Under the pieces are notes generated by a model. That model was given only the letters and a program-made list of their open reading frames with translations. It ran no database searches and had not been told where the DNA came from. The position numbers were made by a program, and so were the translations under genes. From Deltaproteobacteria bacterium (GTDB taxonomy: Bacteria > Desulfobacterota > DSM-4660 > Desulfatiglandales > HGW-15), in contig JAFGGA010000133.1 in NCBI GenBank assembly GCA_016930835.1, positions 10,343 through 74,342 of the forward strand: a DNA stretch of 64,000 nt, in the 5' to 3' direction. Below are positions 31,316 through 40,285 of this stretch, in pieces (position 1 is the stretch's first letter; every line of letters begins with the position of its first letter).

Positions 31316-32695
31316 ATGGGTCAAGTAAAAGAAAAGATCGTTCCGCCATCCCTTAAGGTTCCGCCTCATCATATGGATGCAGAACAAGCCATTTTGGGCG
31401 GTATCTTAATTAACAATGATGCCATGAACCAGATCATGGATCTATTATCCCCAGGGTGTTTCTACCGTGAAGCGCATATGCACTTATACGAGGGGATGAT
31501 CAGTTTATACAATAACAACGAACCCATCGATCAAATTACCCTATCGCAGTACCTCACCCAAAAGGGCTTATTAGAGAAGGCAGGGGGAATCGAGTACCTT
31601 ATCAGCCTCGTGGATGCCGTGTCCACTTCCGCCGGTATCGTTTACCATGCCGAGATTGTTCGTGACCTTTTTGTCAGAAGGCAATTGCTTTCACAATGTT
31701 CGGTTATCAGTGAGTCGTGTCTCCAGAACTGGCAGAGCACGGATGAACTCCTGGACCAGGCCGAGCAGGCTATCTTTAGCATTGCCGAAGAAAAGAGTGG
31801 TGACGGTTTTGCCTCCATGGAGAATATCATCAAGGGAAGTTTCAAAAAACTTGAAAGTGTTGCGGAACATGAAGGCTTTGTGACCGGTGTTCCCACTGAT
31901 TTTACGAGGTTTGACCATTACACGGCGGGGCTTCAACCCTCTGATTTGATCATCATTGCCGGGCGACCCAGCATGGGGAAAACGGCATTGGCTTTAAACA
32001 TCGGGTATAATGCGGCGGTAAGAACCAAAAGGGGGGTCGCTGTTTTTTCTCTAGAGATGTCGAAGATGCAGTTGGGAATGCGATTGCTGGGCTTTGAGGC
32101 CCAGATTGATGCATCCAAACTTCGTACCGGCACCTTAAGGGACAAGGATTGGATGCGCCTCACAGAAGCCGCGAATCATCTTTCCGAACTTCCCATTTAT
32201 ATTGATGATAACTCAGGATTGACCGTACTGGATATGAAGGCTCGATGCCGTCGGTTGGTCAAAAAGATAGACCTGGCGCTTGTCATTGTTGATTATATGC
32301 AGTTAATACAGGGCAGACGTTCAGCAGAATCCCGTCAGATTGAAATTTCAGAGATCTCCAGGTCTTTAAAGTCCCTCGCAAAGGATCTGAATATCCCGGT
32401 TATTGCCCTATCCCAGTTAAACAGGAAGGTGGAAGATCGCCCCAATAAAAGACCGCAACTTGCCGACCTGAGAGAGAGCGGGGCCATTGAGCAGGATGCA
32501 GATGTCATCGCGTTTATCTACCGGGATGAAGTGTATAATAAGAATGAAGACAATCGCAATGTGGCCGAGATCATCCTGGCAAAACAGCGTAACGGACCCA
32601 CGGGCTATTTTAAACTTACTTTTCAGCCGGAATTCACCCGTTTCAGGGATTATGTTGGGGAAGAAGAAGAATATATCCCGGGCCGGTTTGATTAA
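31316..32695 (+). CDS. dnaB: Replicative DNA helicase
   Basis: PHHMDAEQAILGGIL, Walker A GRPSMGKTA, and RecA-like C-terminal motifs. Confidence 0.95.
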   Translation: MGQVKEKIVPPSLKVPPHHMDAEQAILGGILINNDAMNQIMDLLSPGCFYREAHMHLYEGMISLYNNNEPIDQITLSQYLTQKGLLEKAGGIEYLISLVDAVSTSAGIVYHAEIVRDLFVRRQLLSQCSVISESCLQNWQSTDELLDQAEQAIFSIAEEKSGDGFASMENIIKGSFKKLESVAEHEGFVTGVPTDFTRFDHYTAGLQPSDLIIIAGRPSMGKTALALNIGYNAAVRTKRGVAVFSLEMSKMQLGMRLLGFEAQIDASKLRTGTLRDKDWMRLTEAANHLSELPIYIDDNSGLTVLDMKARCRRLVKKIDLALVIVDYMQLIQGRRSAESRQIEISEISRSLKSLAKDLNIPVIALSQLNRKVEDRPNKRPQLADLRESGAIEQDADVIAFIYRDEVYNKNEDNRNVAEIILAKQRNGPTGYFKLTFQPEFTRFRDYVGEEEEYIPGRFD

Positions 32696-32750
32696 CAATA
32701 TAAGGACAATATATATCATCTGGGCATGACATATCAAAAGAGGTTGTAAG

Positions 32751-34430
32751 ATAGATAGAATCCACGGTAAAACAACCGGTCTTAAGGCCGGCCAAATAAA
32801 ACTTCTCCAGAATCTTTATCGTCGAAGAATAACCGGACACGAAATCATCACACATGAACTAACCCGTCAACTTTCCGCTATTTCCTTTGAGATACAAAGA
32901 CAAGCCGCCATCTTGATCACTCGTAGAGGTGATATCACCCATGTGGTTGTGGGGGACAATAAACGGATATGGCTTCCAGATATCGGTCGGTTCCGGGCTG
33001 GACCGGGCCGGTTGATGGGGCTCCGTTGCATCCATACTCACTTGCATGATGAGCCGCTATCTGACGAGGATATCGCCGACTTGGTGCTCTTGGGGCTTGA
33101 TCTCATGGTATGTATTCAAGTAGATGAAAACGGTATCCCCGGACCCATCTCCTATGCGCACATATTGCCTCCGAACAGTAAGAAGCAAGGGTGGCAGGTA
33201 TCTCATGTTCCGGATATCGGCCAAGTAAATGCGGATTTTAAGGGGTTGATCCACTCCATTGAAGATGAAATCGCCAGAACTAACAGGCAAAAGTCTTTGA
33301 TCAATAAAGAACGGGCCATATTGGTCGGCGTCACCGACGGGGCTGCCAGGGATGCTTGGGAATCGTTGGATGAGTTGAAGGCACTGGCTGTATCCAACAA
33401 TCTGGAGGTGGTGGACATGGTTGTCCAACGGATCAAACAAGCTAATCCCAAGTTCCTTATCGGCAAAGGCAGATTAACCGAATTGGTCCTTCGATGCCTC
33501 CAAACCGGTTCCAACCTATTAATCTTTGATAACGAACTCACTCCCACTCAAGTAAGGAGTCTGACTGATTATACTGAATTGAAGATTATTGACCGGAGTC
33601 AGCTGATCCTTGATATCTTCGCCAATAGGGCGGTGACCCGCGAGGGTAAAATACAGGTGGAGCTTGCCCAATTAAAATACTTGTTGCCTCGGTTGGCCAC
33701 TAAAAACACGGCCATGTCCAGGCTGACGGGAGGAATCGGGGGCAGGGGACCCGGTGAGACGAAACTTGAAATCAATCGGCGACGGGCCCGGGAACGGATA
33801 GCCAGGCTTAACCGGGATCTGGTTAAGATTCAAAAGCAGCGCCAGGAAAGGAGACGTCTGAGAAATCTTAAAGGGCTTCCCATTGTCTCTATCGTGGGTT
33901 ATACCAATGCCGGAAAATCAACCTTACTCAATGCGCTGACCCATAGCCATGTGGGAGCAGGGAGCCGGTTATTTGAAACATTGGACCCGAGCAGCAGGCG
34001 ACTTCGGTTCCCGAGAGAGCGTGAGGCCATTATTACTGATACGGTGGGCTTTATCCGAAACCTTCCCGAGAGTTTGATGGAGGCCTTTGCCTCTACGTTG
34101 GAAGAGTTGCGTGACGCCGATCTCTTGCTCCACGTGGTGGATGTGTCCAGTCTTAGGATGGAAGAGGAGATGGCAGCGGTTGAAAAGGTCCTGGGTCATT
34201 TGGAATTAAAGAAAATCCCGGTCCTTTCGGTCTTCAACAAGATGGACCTTGTTGCGGATTCAGATGGGGCTGCATTATCAAAGGCAAGTCAAGGTGTTCT
34301 CATTTCAGCGATTGATAAAACGACATTTCAACCGCTCCTTCTCCGAATTGAAGAATTTTTATGGTCACAGAGGGACATGACCATGAATGAATCCATACCC
34401 ATCCACGGCCTTCCATGTCCAGACCGCTAG
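32751..34430 (+). CDS. hflX: GTPase HflX (start codon uncertain; conserved N-terminus begins at a non-canonical ATA)
   Basis: G-domain GYTNAGKSTLLN, DTVGF, NKMD. The frame stays open back to a TGA stop at 32727-32729 and encodes DRIHGKTTGLKAGQ...LYRRR. An AGAGG lies 7 nt before the ATA at 32751. Confidence 0.8.
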   Translation: MDRIHGKTTGLKAGQIKLLQNLYRRRITGHEIITHELTRQLSAISFEIQRQAAILITRRGDITHVVVGDNKRIWLPDIGRFRAGPGRLMGLRCIHTHLHDEPLSDEDIADLVLLGLDLMVCIQVDENGIPGPISYAHILPPNSKKQGWQVSHVPDIGQVNADFKGLIHSIEDEIARTNRQKSLINKERAILVGVTDGAARDAWESLDELKALAVSNNLEVVDMVVQRIKQANPKFLIGKGRLTELVLRCLQTGSNLLIFDNELTPTQVRSLTDYTELKIIDRSQLILDIFANRAVTREGKIQVELAQLKYLLPRLATKNTAMSRLTGGIGGRGPGETKLEINRRRARERIARLNRDLVKIQKQRQERRRLRNLKGLPIVSIVGYTNAGKSTLLNALTHSHVGAGSRLFETLDPSSRRLRFPREREAIITDTVGFIRNLPESLMEAFASTLEELRDADLLLHVVDVSSLRMEEEMAAVEKVLGHLELKKIPVLSVFNKMDLVADSDGAALSKASQGVLISAIDKTTFQPLLLRIEEFLWSQRDMTMNESIPIHGLPCPDR

Positions 34431-34471
34431 CATTTCCAGGTTGAAGGTTCATTTTCCCCGGGCCGGTTTTT

Positions 34472-34585
34472 TCAAGAGAATTCCCAGTTCTTAAAATAAA
34501 AGAAAATCGGAATTGGATGTTCTCTATCCGGATTTTCCAATTGTCTCAAGGTCTTGAAGCAGCCTTTACATAACCAGCGTTTCAT
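34472..34585 (-). CDS. Possible small CxxC protein (37 aa, MKRWLCKGCFKTLRQLENPDREHPIPIFFYFKNWEFS)
   Basis: A GGAAGGAGA RBS lies 7 nt upstream of the ATG. No homology was recognised. Confidence 0.25.
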   Translation of the reverse strand: MKRWLCKGCFKTLRQLENPDREHPIPIFFYFKNWEFS

Positions 34586-34704
34586 CTTAAATCTCCTTCC
34601 CGAAAATAGAAGAACTGACAATTCCTTTATTTTTTTCTTCATATAAAATTATCCTTTATTTCCAATGAATTATCGATTTGGCATCAATATTGGATTAGCT
34701 TATT

Positions 34705-34879
34705 TGACAATCTCGTAAAAGTGCGTCACCCCGGTCCCACATCTGGTACGGGATAGATTTGTGTCGGGGTCCAGAGCCAATATAAGGATTTGAAAAGACA
34801 AGATTTCATTTTTCACCTTTCCGCGTGCGGACACGAACAGGCAGGCCGGAGTGGCAAAACTAGGTGTTTTTCGACTTTT
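34705..34879. repeat. Family A repeat, copy 2 (inverted relative to copy 1)
   Basis: Its reverse complement aligns with 76-250 end to end. Confidence 0.8.
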
Positions 34880-35013
34880 GCGAGGGCATCATTCTGAACT
34901 ATCATATTTATTAAGAGAGATATACATGGTGACGATGTCACATAAAAGGGGATTTTGAATTCATTGATTTATTTTTGAGTTTTTCATATTTCTGGAAAGG
35001 GGATGATAATATT

Positions 35014-35328
35014 ATGTTTGGAAAGAAAAAATCCAAGACCGGCCCGATGGCGCTCAGCGGGTTCTTATCAAGGCAAGTGGCAAAAGAATGGGAAAAGGTC
35101 CCAAGCGATAGTGATCATTGGATGAAATTTATGGCTGTGCAGCGACCGCATGACGGGGATGCTGATTCGGTGGATATCCGGATCTTTGATCAATGGGTCG
35201 CAGAAACCGGAAAGATTAAGGTTACGGATTATGCATCGCTTGATGCGCATCCTGAACTTATCTTGTTTGAAGGTCTGTATAATGAGAAGGCCAAGAAGGT
35301 GGATCTGAAGTATAAAAAAGCCGCCTGA
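35014..35328 (+). CDS. Hypothetical protein (104 aa)
   Basis: ATG with an upstream AAAGGGGA and its own terminator downstream. No family was recognised. Confidence 0.5.
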   Translation: MFGKKKSKTGPMALSGFLSRQVAKEWEKVPSDSDHWMKFMAVQRPHDGDADSVDIRIFDQWVAETGKIKVTDYASLDAHPELILFEGLYNEKAKKVDLKYKKAA

Positions 35329-35361
35329 TTTAAACCATGCCTTATGTATGAATCATGAAAA

Positions 35362-35391
35362 AGCCCGGCATCTAATGTCGGGCTGATTTTT
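35362..35391 (+). terminator. Rho-independent terminator
   Basis: The stem agcccg...cgggct is followed by gattttt. Confidence 0.6.
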
Positions 35392-35649
35392 GAGATTATC
35401 GAAAAAGGGCTAAAGGCACAAGGCGTATGGCTGGTGTTATCAATAAAGACCGTGGACCTTGCACCATGCGCCTTCATTTCAGGTTCAATCCTCGTTACTC
35501 CAAGATATTTCCCCTCTTTTAAGGGTAGATTCGTGATTGTCCCTCAGTGTCCACCGAAGATCCCCTGCGCGCGGGGTTCTTCATTTCACTTGAAAAATTG
35601 AAAAAACCCTTGATACGGGTCAGCCGTTTTGTTAGGTTGCAGATGAATC

Positions 35650-35690
35650 GCGCTTTTCCTTGTTCAAGGAAAAGCGCTTTTCTATTTCGC
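35650..35690 (+). promoter_or_regulatory. Terminator-shaped hairpin in the tex leader
   Basis: A perfect 12-bp stem (gcgcttttcctt / aaggaaaagcgc, 4-nt loop) is followed by ttttctatttc. It ends ~15 nt before the tex RBS. Confidence 0.4.
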
Positions 35691-35704
35691 CCAAAGGAGT
35701 TGAT

Positions 35705-37963
35705 ATGAGTTTGGATCATATATTCAAGATTGCCGAGGAACTTGGTGTAAAATCCTTTCAAGTCGAAGCCGCATCCCGCCTGCTTGACGACGGGGCCACC
35801 ATCCCTTTTATCGCCCGTTACCGAAAAGAGGCTACCGGTTTGCTGGATGAAGTGCAGATCACAAAAATTCGTGATCGATTGAACCAATTGCGGGAATTGA
35901 ATAAAAGACGGGAAAGCATCCTTAAATCACTTGAAGAGCGAGAATTGTTGACTGATGAACTCAGGGAGAGGATTTCAGCGGCCGAGACCATGTCTACCCT
36001 TGAGGATATATATCTGCCCTATAAGCCCAAACGGCGGACAAGGGCGACCATCGCCATGGAAAAAGGACTTGAACCGCTGGCCGCACTAATCTTCAAGCAA
36101 GATAATGCAATCGATCCCTTGGAAGCTTCGGCAGATTATGTAAATATTGAAAAGGGTGTCGAGACGACGGACGATGCCCTAAACGGGGCCAGGGACATCA
36201 TTGCCGAATGGATCAATGAAAATCAAGAAGCACGGGATAAGATGCGAAGGCTGTTTGCGACAAAAGGCGTCTTCCATGTGAATGTGATCCCCGGTAAAGA
36301 ACGGGAAGGCGCCAAATACAGGGATTATTTTGATTGGCAGGAGCCTGTGGCCACTGCGCCTTCTCACCGTATCTTGGCCATGAGGCGCGGTGAGAGTGAA
36401 GAATATCTTGATCTGAAAATACGTCCTCCCGAGGATGAGGCGCTTACCTTGCTGGAGTCTTTATTTGTTAAAGGAGATGGCCTTGCATCCATCGAGGTCC
36501 GGGCGGCCGTGCATGATTGTTATAAAAGGTTGCTCTCTTTTTCCATGGAGACGGAGATGCGTTTGGAGACCAAAAAGCGAGCGGATGAAACCGCCATCAA
36601 GATCTTTTCCGATAATCTCAGAGAGCTTCTCCTGGCATCGCCCTTGGGCCAGAAACGCGTGCTGGGCATAGACCCTGGTATACGTACAGGCTGCAAGGTG
36701 GTTTGCTTGGATCAACAAGGAAAGTTGATCCATCATGTGACCATTTTTCCACTTCGGTCGGAAAATGAAAAACAAGCGGCCGCGGAGACCATTATCCAGC
36801 TATGCAATGACCATGGGATTGAAGCCATAGCCATCGGGAATGGAACAGGGGGAAGAGAAACGGAAGGTTTTGTCAAAAACCTTCCATTACACGAGTCTAT
36901 TATCGTGGCCATGGTCAATGAGAGCGGTGCATCGGTGTATTCGGCCTCAGAGACGGCAAGAAATGAATTCCCCGACCTGGATGTCTCATATCGTGGGGCT
37001 GTTTCCATAGGTCGTCGTCTCATGGATCCTCTTGCTGAACTGGTTAAAATAGATCCAAAGGCCATCGGGGTAGGTCAGTACCAACATGATGTCAACCAAA
37101 ACGCCCTAAAGACCGGCCTGGACGATGTGGTGATCAGTTGCGTCAATGCAGTGGGTGTGGAAGTGAATACGGCCAGCGAACAACTCCTCACCTATGTATC
37201 CGGACTAGGTCCTCAATTGGCGAAAAATATCATTGCTTATCGAAATGAGTTCGGGCCGCTTGTATCCCGGGAAAGGTTAAAGGATGTCCCGCGACTAGGG
37301 CCCAAGGCATTTGAGCAGGCAGCCGGGTTTCTTCGTATCCATAACGGCATCAATCCATTGGACGCAAGCGCGGTTCATCCTGAGTCTTACGGGATTGTGG
37401 AAAATATGGCGGCGGATCTTGGGTGTTCGATCCCGGGTCTGTTGACCAATGCCACGATCAGAGAACGGATCGATCTATCGCGATATGTAACGGAAAAGAT
37501 CGGCATGCCCACTTTGACTGATATTATGAAGGAGTTGGCCAAACCGGGACGTGATCCCAGGAAGGAGTTCGAGTATCTTGAATTCAAAGAAGGTGTAGAA
37601 TCGATCAATGATTTAAAGACAGGTATGAAATTGAACGGGGTCGTGACCAACGTGACTGCTTTCGGGGCCTTTGTGGATGTCGGGGTCCACCAGGATGGGT
37701 TGGTGCATATCAGTCAACTGGCCGATCATTACGTGAAAGATCCGAATCAGGTTGTGAGGGTGAATCAGCGTGTAACCGTAACTGTTTTGGACGTGGATCT
37801 GGAGAGAAAGCGGATTTCACTTTCCCTGAAAGAAGCGGCTCAGGTAGGAGGAGAAAGGGTTGAGAGGCCTTCTATTGGAGATAAGAAAATGGGGGGAAAT
37901 AAAGGCGCTGGGAGGTCGAAAAGAGAACCTTTTAATAATCCATTTGTTAAAATATTTAGATAG
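35705..37963 (+). CDS. tex: Tex family transcription accessory protein (S1 RNA-binding domain)
   Basis: ATIPFIARYRKE N-terminus, a YqgF-like middle region and a C-terminal S1 domain. The ATG at 35705 follows AAAGGAG. Confidence 0.9.
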   Translation: MSLDHIFKIAEELGVKSFQVEAASRLLDDGATIPFIARYRKEATGLLDEVQITKIRDRLNQLRELNKRRESILKSLEERELLTDELRERISAAETMSTLEDIYLPYKPKRRTRATIAMEKGLEPLAALIFKQDNAIDPLEASADYVNIEKGVETTDDALNGARDIIAEWINENQEARDKMRRLFATKGVFHVNVIPGKEREGAKYRDYFDWQEPVATAPSHRILAMRRGESEEYLDLKIRPPEDEALTLLESLFVKGDGLASIEVRAAVHDCYKRLLSFSMETEMRLETKKRADETAIKIFSDNLRELLLASPLGQKRVLGIDPGIRTGCKVVCLDQQGKLIHHVTIFPLRSENEKQAAAETIIQLCNDHGIEAIAIGNGTGGRETEGFVKNLPLHESIIVAMVNESGASVYSASETARNEFPDLDVSYRGAVSIGRRLMDPLAELVKIDPKAIGVGQYQHDVNQNALKTGLDDVVISCVNAVGVEVNTASEQLLTYVSGLGPQLAKNIIAYRNEFGPLVSRERLKDVPRLGPKAFEQAAGFLRIHNGINPLDASAVHPESYGIVENMAADLGCSIPGLLTNATIRERIDLSRYVTEKIGMPTLTDIMKELAKPGRDPRKEFEYLEFKEGVESINDLKTGMKLNGVVTNVTAFGAFVDVGVHQDGLVHISQLADHYVKDPNQVVRVNQRVTVTVLDVDLERKRISLSLKEAAQVGGERVERPSIGDKKMGGNKGAGRSKREPFNNPFVKIFR

Positions 37964-37977
37964 GAAGTCATGCCAAT

Positions 37978-38400
37978 ATGATTCAGATAACCTCCGGAAT
38001 CGTCATTGATGATAAAGAGATCCAGATGGATTTTATTCGGGCATCCGGGCCAGGTGGTCAAAACGTGAACAAGGTCTCATCAGCCGTGCAACTCCGGTTT
38101 GATGTTAGAAGCTCACCGTCATTACCGGCAGATGTTCGCGCCAGGCTGATTCGTCTGGCGGGAAGGCGGGTCAATGAGAACGGTGTGTTAATTATTCACG
38201 CGAAACGATTTCGCACGCAACTTCACAATCGTCAAGACGCAATGGATCGGTTGATTGCGTTGATCAAGCGGGCTGCCGTACAGCCCAAAACGCGCCGGAG
38301 GACGAAACCCCCAGAGGCATCCAAAAAGCGCACCCTGGATGAGAAACATATCCGTGGGCAGATCAAGAGACTCAGGAAACCGGTCGACCCAGGTGAATGA
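37978..38400 (+). CDS. arfB: Alternative ribosome-rescue factor ArfB (peptidyl-tRNA hydrolase)
   Basis: The GGQ motif GPGGQNVNKV and a basic C-terminal tail. Confidence 0.9.
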   Translation: MIQITSGIVIDDKEIQMDFIRASGPGGQNVNKVSSAVQLRFDVRSSPSLPADVRARLIRLAGRRVNENGVLIIHAKRFRTQLHNRQDAMDRLIALIKRAAVQPKTRRRTKPPEASKKRTLDEKHIRGQIKRLRKPVDPGE

Positions 38401-38557
38401 TCATTGGACCTTTATGTAACTCATTACCGAAAACAAAAAATGATTTCACAATTATTTTGGTATTTTTTTTCATACCTTCAATTTACTACTTCCATCATCC
38501 ATTTATAATCAATTGAAATAATTGAACAAATCAGGCTAAGATCTCATTTTTTGGTTT

Positions 38558-38573
38558 TGGCATGTCCCTTGCT
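38558..38573 (+). promoter_or_regulatory. Sigma-54 (-24/-12) promoter candidate TGGCATgtcccTTGCT
   Basis: Matches TGGCAC-N5-TTGCW at all but one position, ~100 nt upstream of the ATG at 38677. Confidence 0.6.
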
Positions 38574-38676
38574 CTATACCGATGCAACAATACGATATCA
38601 AACGCATACAGATATCTAAAAATCCAACACATGTGGACATTAAAATTCATCTAGAGAAACAGAGGAAGTGTAAATT

Positions 38677-38829
38677 ATGAGAGTACTACTTGTTTTCTTA
38701 TACGTTATTTCAATGGGATTTGGTGTGATGGGGTTTTCTCGAATGCCCGAACCCGCTACAATGCTTTTGTTCGGGTCTAATCTGATCGGTCTGGCCGGTA
38801 TTGGCAGGAGGATGTTTGGAAAAAGATAA
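38677..38829 (+). CDS. Minimal PEP-CTERM sorting-domain protein (50 aa)
   Basis: MRVLLVFLYVISMGFGVMGFSRM-PEPATMLLFGSNLIGLAGIGRRMFGKR contains a PEP motif, a TM helix and a basic cluster at the C-terminus. An AGAGGAAG RBS precedes it. It is below the ORF-track size cutoff. Confidence 0.65.
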   Translation: MRVLLVFLYVISMGFGVMGFSRMPEPATMLLFGSNLIGLAGIGRRMFGKR

Positions 38830-38889
38830 AAAGGTCATAAATGGTGAGCATAGAAGAATAATGTTTGCTATATTGAAGGTGTTTTGAAT

Positions 38890-39114
38890 ATGAAAGATAG
38901 ACGAAATTCTTCTTTTGATAGACGAAACGGCAATGATAGACGTCGCATTTATAACCTCGATTATCTTTTAAATGGCGGGATAGAAAGGAGGAAAAGAAAA
39001 GACCGCCGGTCACCCTTTGATCGCCGCGCAGGGTGGATGAGGGTTAGTCAATGGTACAGTGTGCATCCGTCCATAATGTTATTAACAAGGAGGGTCGGTC
39101 TCAATAAGGGTTAA
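38890..39114 (+). CDS. Arg-rich 'DRR'-repeat small protein (74 aa)
   Basis: Six (D/E)RR triplets occur in the first 50 residues (KDRRNSSFDRRNGNDRRR...IERRKRKDRRSPFDRR). No family was recognised. Confidence 0.45.
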   Translation: MKDRRNSSFDRRNGNDRRRIYNLDYLLNGGIERRKRKDRRSPFDRRAGWMRVSQWYSVHPSIMLLTRRVGLNKG

Positions 39115-39217
39115 TGAACCATTTTTTTATATCTATCAGATCCTATTAAGTTTCGTGATGATTCGACCGATATTGTAGTAGATTGAGCTGTGAATAAGCT
39201 CTTTCCCCCTAAAGAAA

Positions 39218-39257
39218 AGGTCCCTGTGGCTCATGAACCATGGGGACCTTTCTTTTT
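39218..39257. terminator. Bidirectional terminator between convergent genes
   Basis: A 12-bp stem (aggtccctgtgg / ccatggggacct) is flanked by an A-run and a T-run. Confidence 0.6.
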
Positions 39258-39271
39258 GAATAATTGGTCAA

Positions 39272-40264
39272 TCAAAGCACTTGCACAATATCGTTCGCAT
39301 CGGGAATCTCTTCGTCCCAAATATGCATTAACCGGCCATCTCTAAGAAAAAGGACACGCGGTACATCACCATCCCCGAGTAAACGCAAGAAGGCATGTAG
39401 TTCGATTTGACCGATCGGGTAAGACGGCTGGTATGTTTCGATAAATGATTTCCGCTCTATTTCATCATTCGGGCTTAAGGCAAACAATCTGGGAAATCCG
39501 GGTTGGTCCGCTAAATCGCATAAGAACGGCACGGCATCTCGGCAATGAACGCAGTCCGTGAGCATAAGGACAATAAGATAATCCCCATGGGCTAAGGTCA
39601 GATCATTAATGCCCGATATTTGAAGGTGCTCGATCTCCGTCTCAATGACATTCAATCGGGGTTTGTCAATCCACGTGTCCGGAAGACCTGAGACAACAAC
39701 CGGAAGAATCAAACCCACCATCATGGCAACCGCCACAAACGCTTTTTTTATCCCGATTTTTTTTGTTTGTAGGGGATTACAACTGAACCAGGCAGGAACC
39801 AGTGCGGCCAGGAGAACCAAGTCTTCAATGAATGCCTCCGCGGGTGTCCGCACGAGCCAGGTTCCAAAACACCCGCAGTCCTCCGTCACTTGCGTGATCC
39901 AAGCCCAGACGTTTACGCCGATGAAGATCAAGAAAAGCGATGCGACAATGGTGATGGTTATTTTCGGACGATATGAAACCAAAAGCGCTGTACCTAGGAT
40001 AAACTCGGTAAAGATCAATATCCACGCTCCCAAGATGAGTAAAATAGGCTTCGATATGATATGATAGGCCTTCATTTGCTCGACAAAGAGGCGCATGTCC
40101 ATGGTTTTTATGAGAGCGGCCGTGATAAGGATAATGCCTACCGCTCCGGCTAATATACTGGCTGGTCTTAAACGCCTGCCCCCGTTGCAAATCGGGCTTT
40201 GTTGGGATGGGGTTGTTTTCCGGTTTATTAATCTCATGGGATAAAGGATCAATGTCTTTAACAC
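39272..40264 (-). CDS. MauE/DoxX-like membrane domain fused to a thioredoxin-like CxxC domain
   Basis: N-terminal multi-TMS region and a C-terminal LTDCVHCRDAVPFL motif. The start is uncertain (GTG 40264 or ATG 40237). Confidence 0.55.
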   Translation of the reverse strand: MLKTLILYPMRLINRKTTPSQQSPICNGGRRLRPASILAGAVGIILITAALIKTMDMRLFVEQMKAYHIISKPILLILGAWILIFTEFILGTALLVSYRPKITITIVASLFLIFIGVNVWAWITQVTEDCGCFGTWLVRTPAEAFIEDLVLLAALVPAWFSCNPLQTKKIGIKKAFVAVAMMVGLILPVVVSGLPDTWIDKPRLNVIETEIEHLQISGINDLTLAHGDYLIVLMLTDCVHCRDAVPFLCDLADQPGFPRLFALSPNDEIERKSFIETYQPSYPIGQIELHAFLRLLGDGDVPRVLFLRDGRLMHIWDEEIPDANDIVQVL

Positions 40265-40285
40265 AGGCTAGTCATGCTAAATAGA

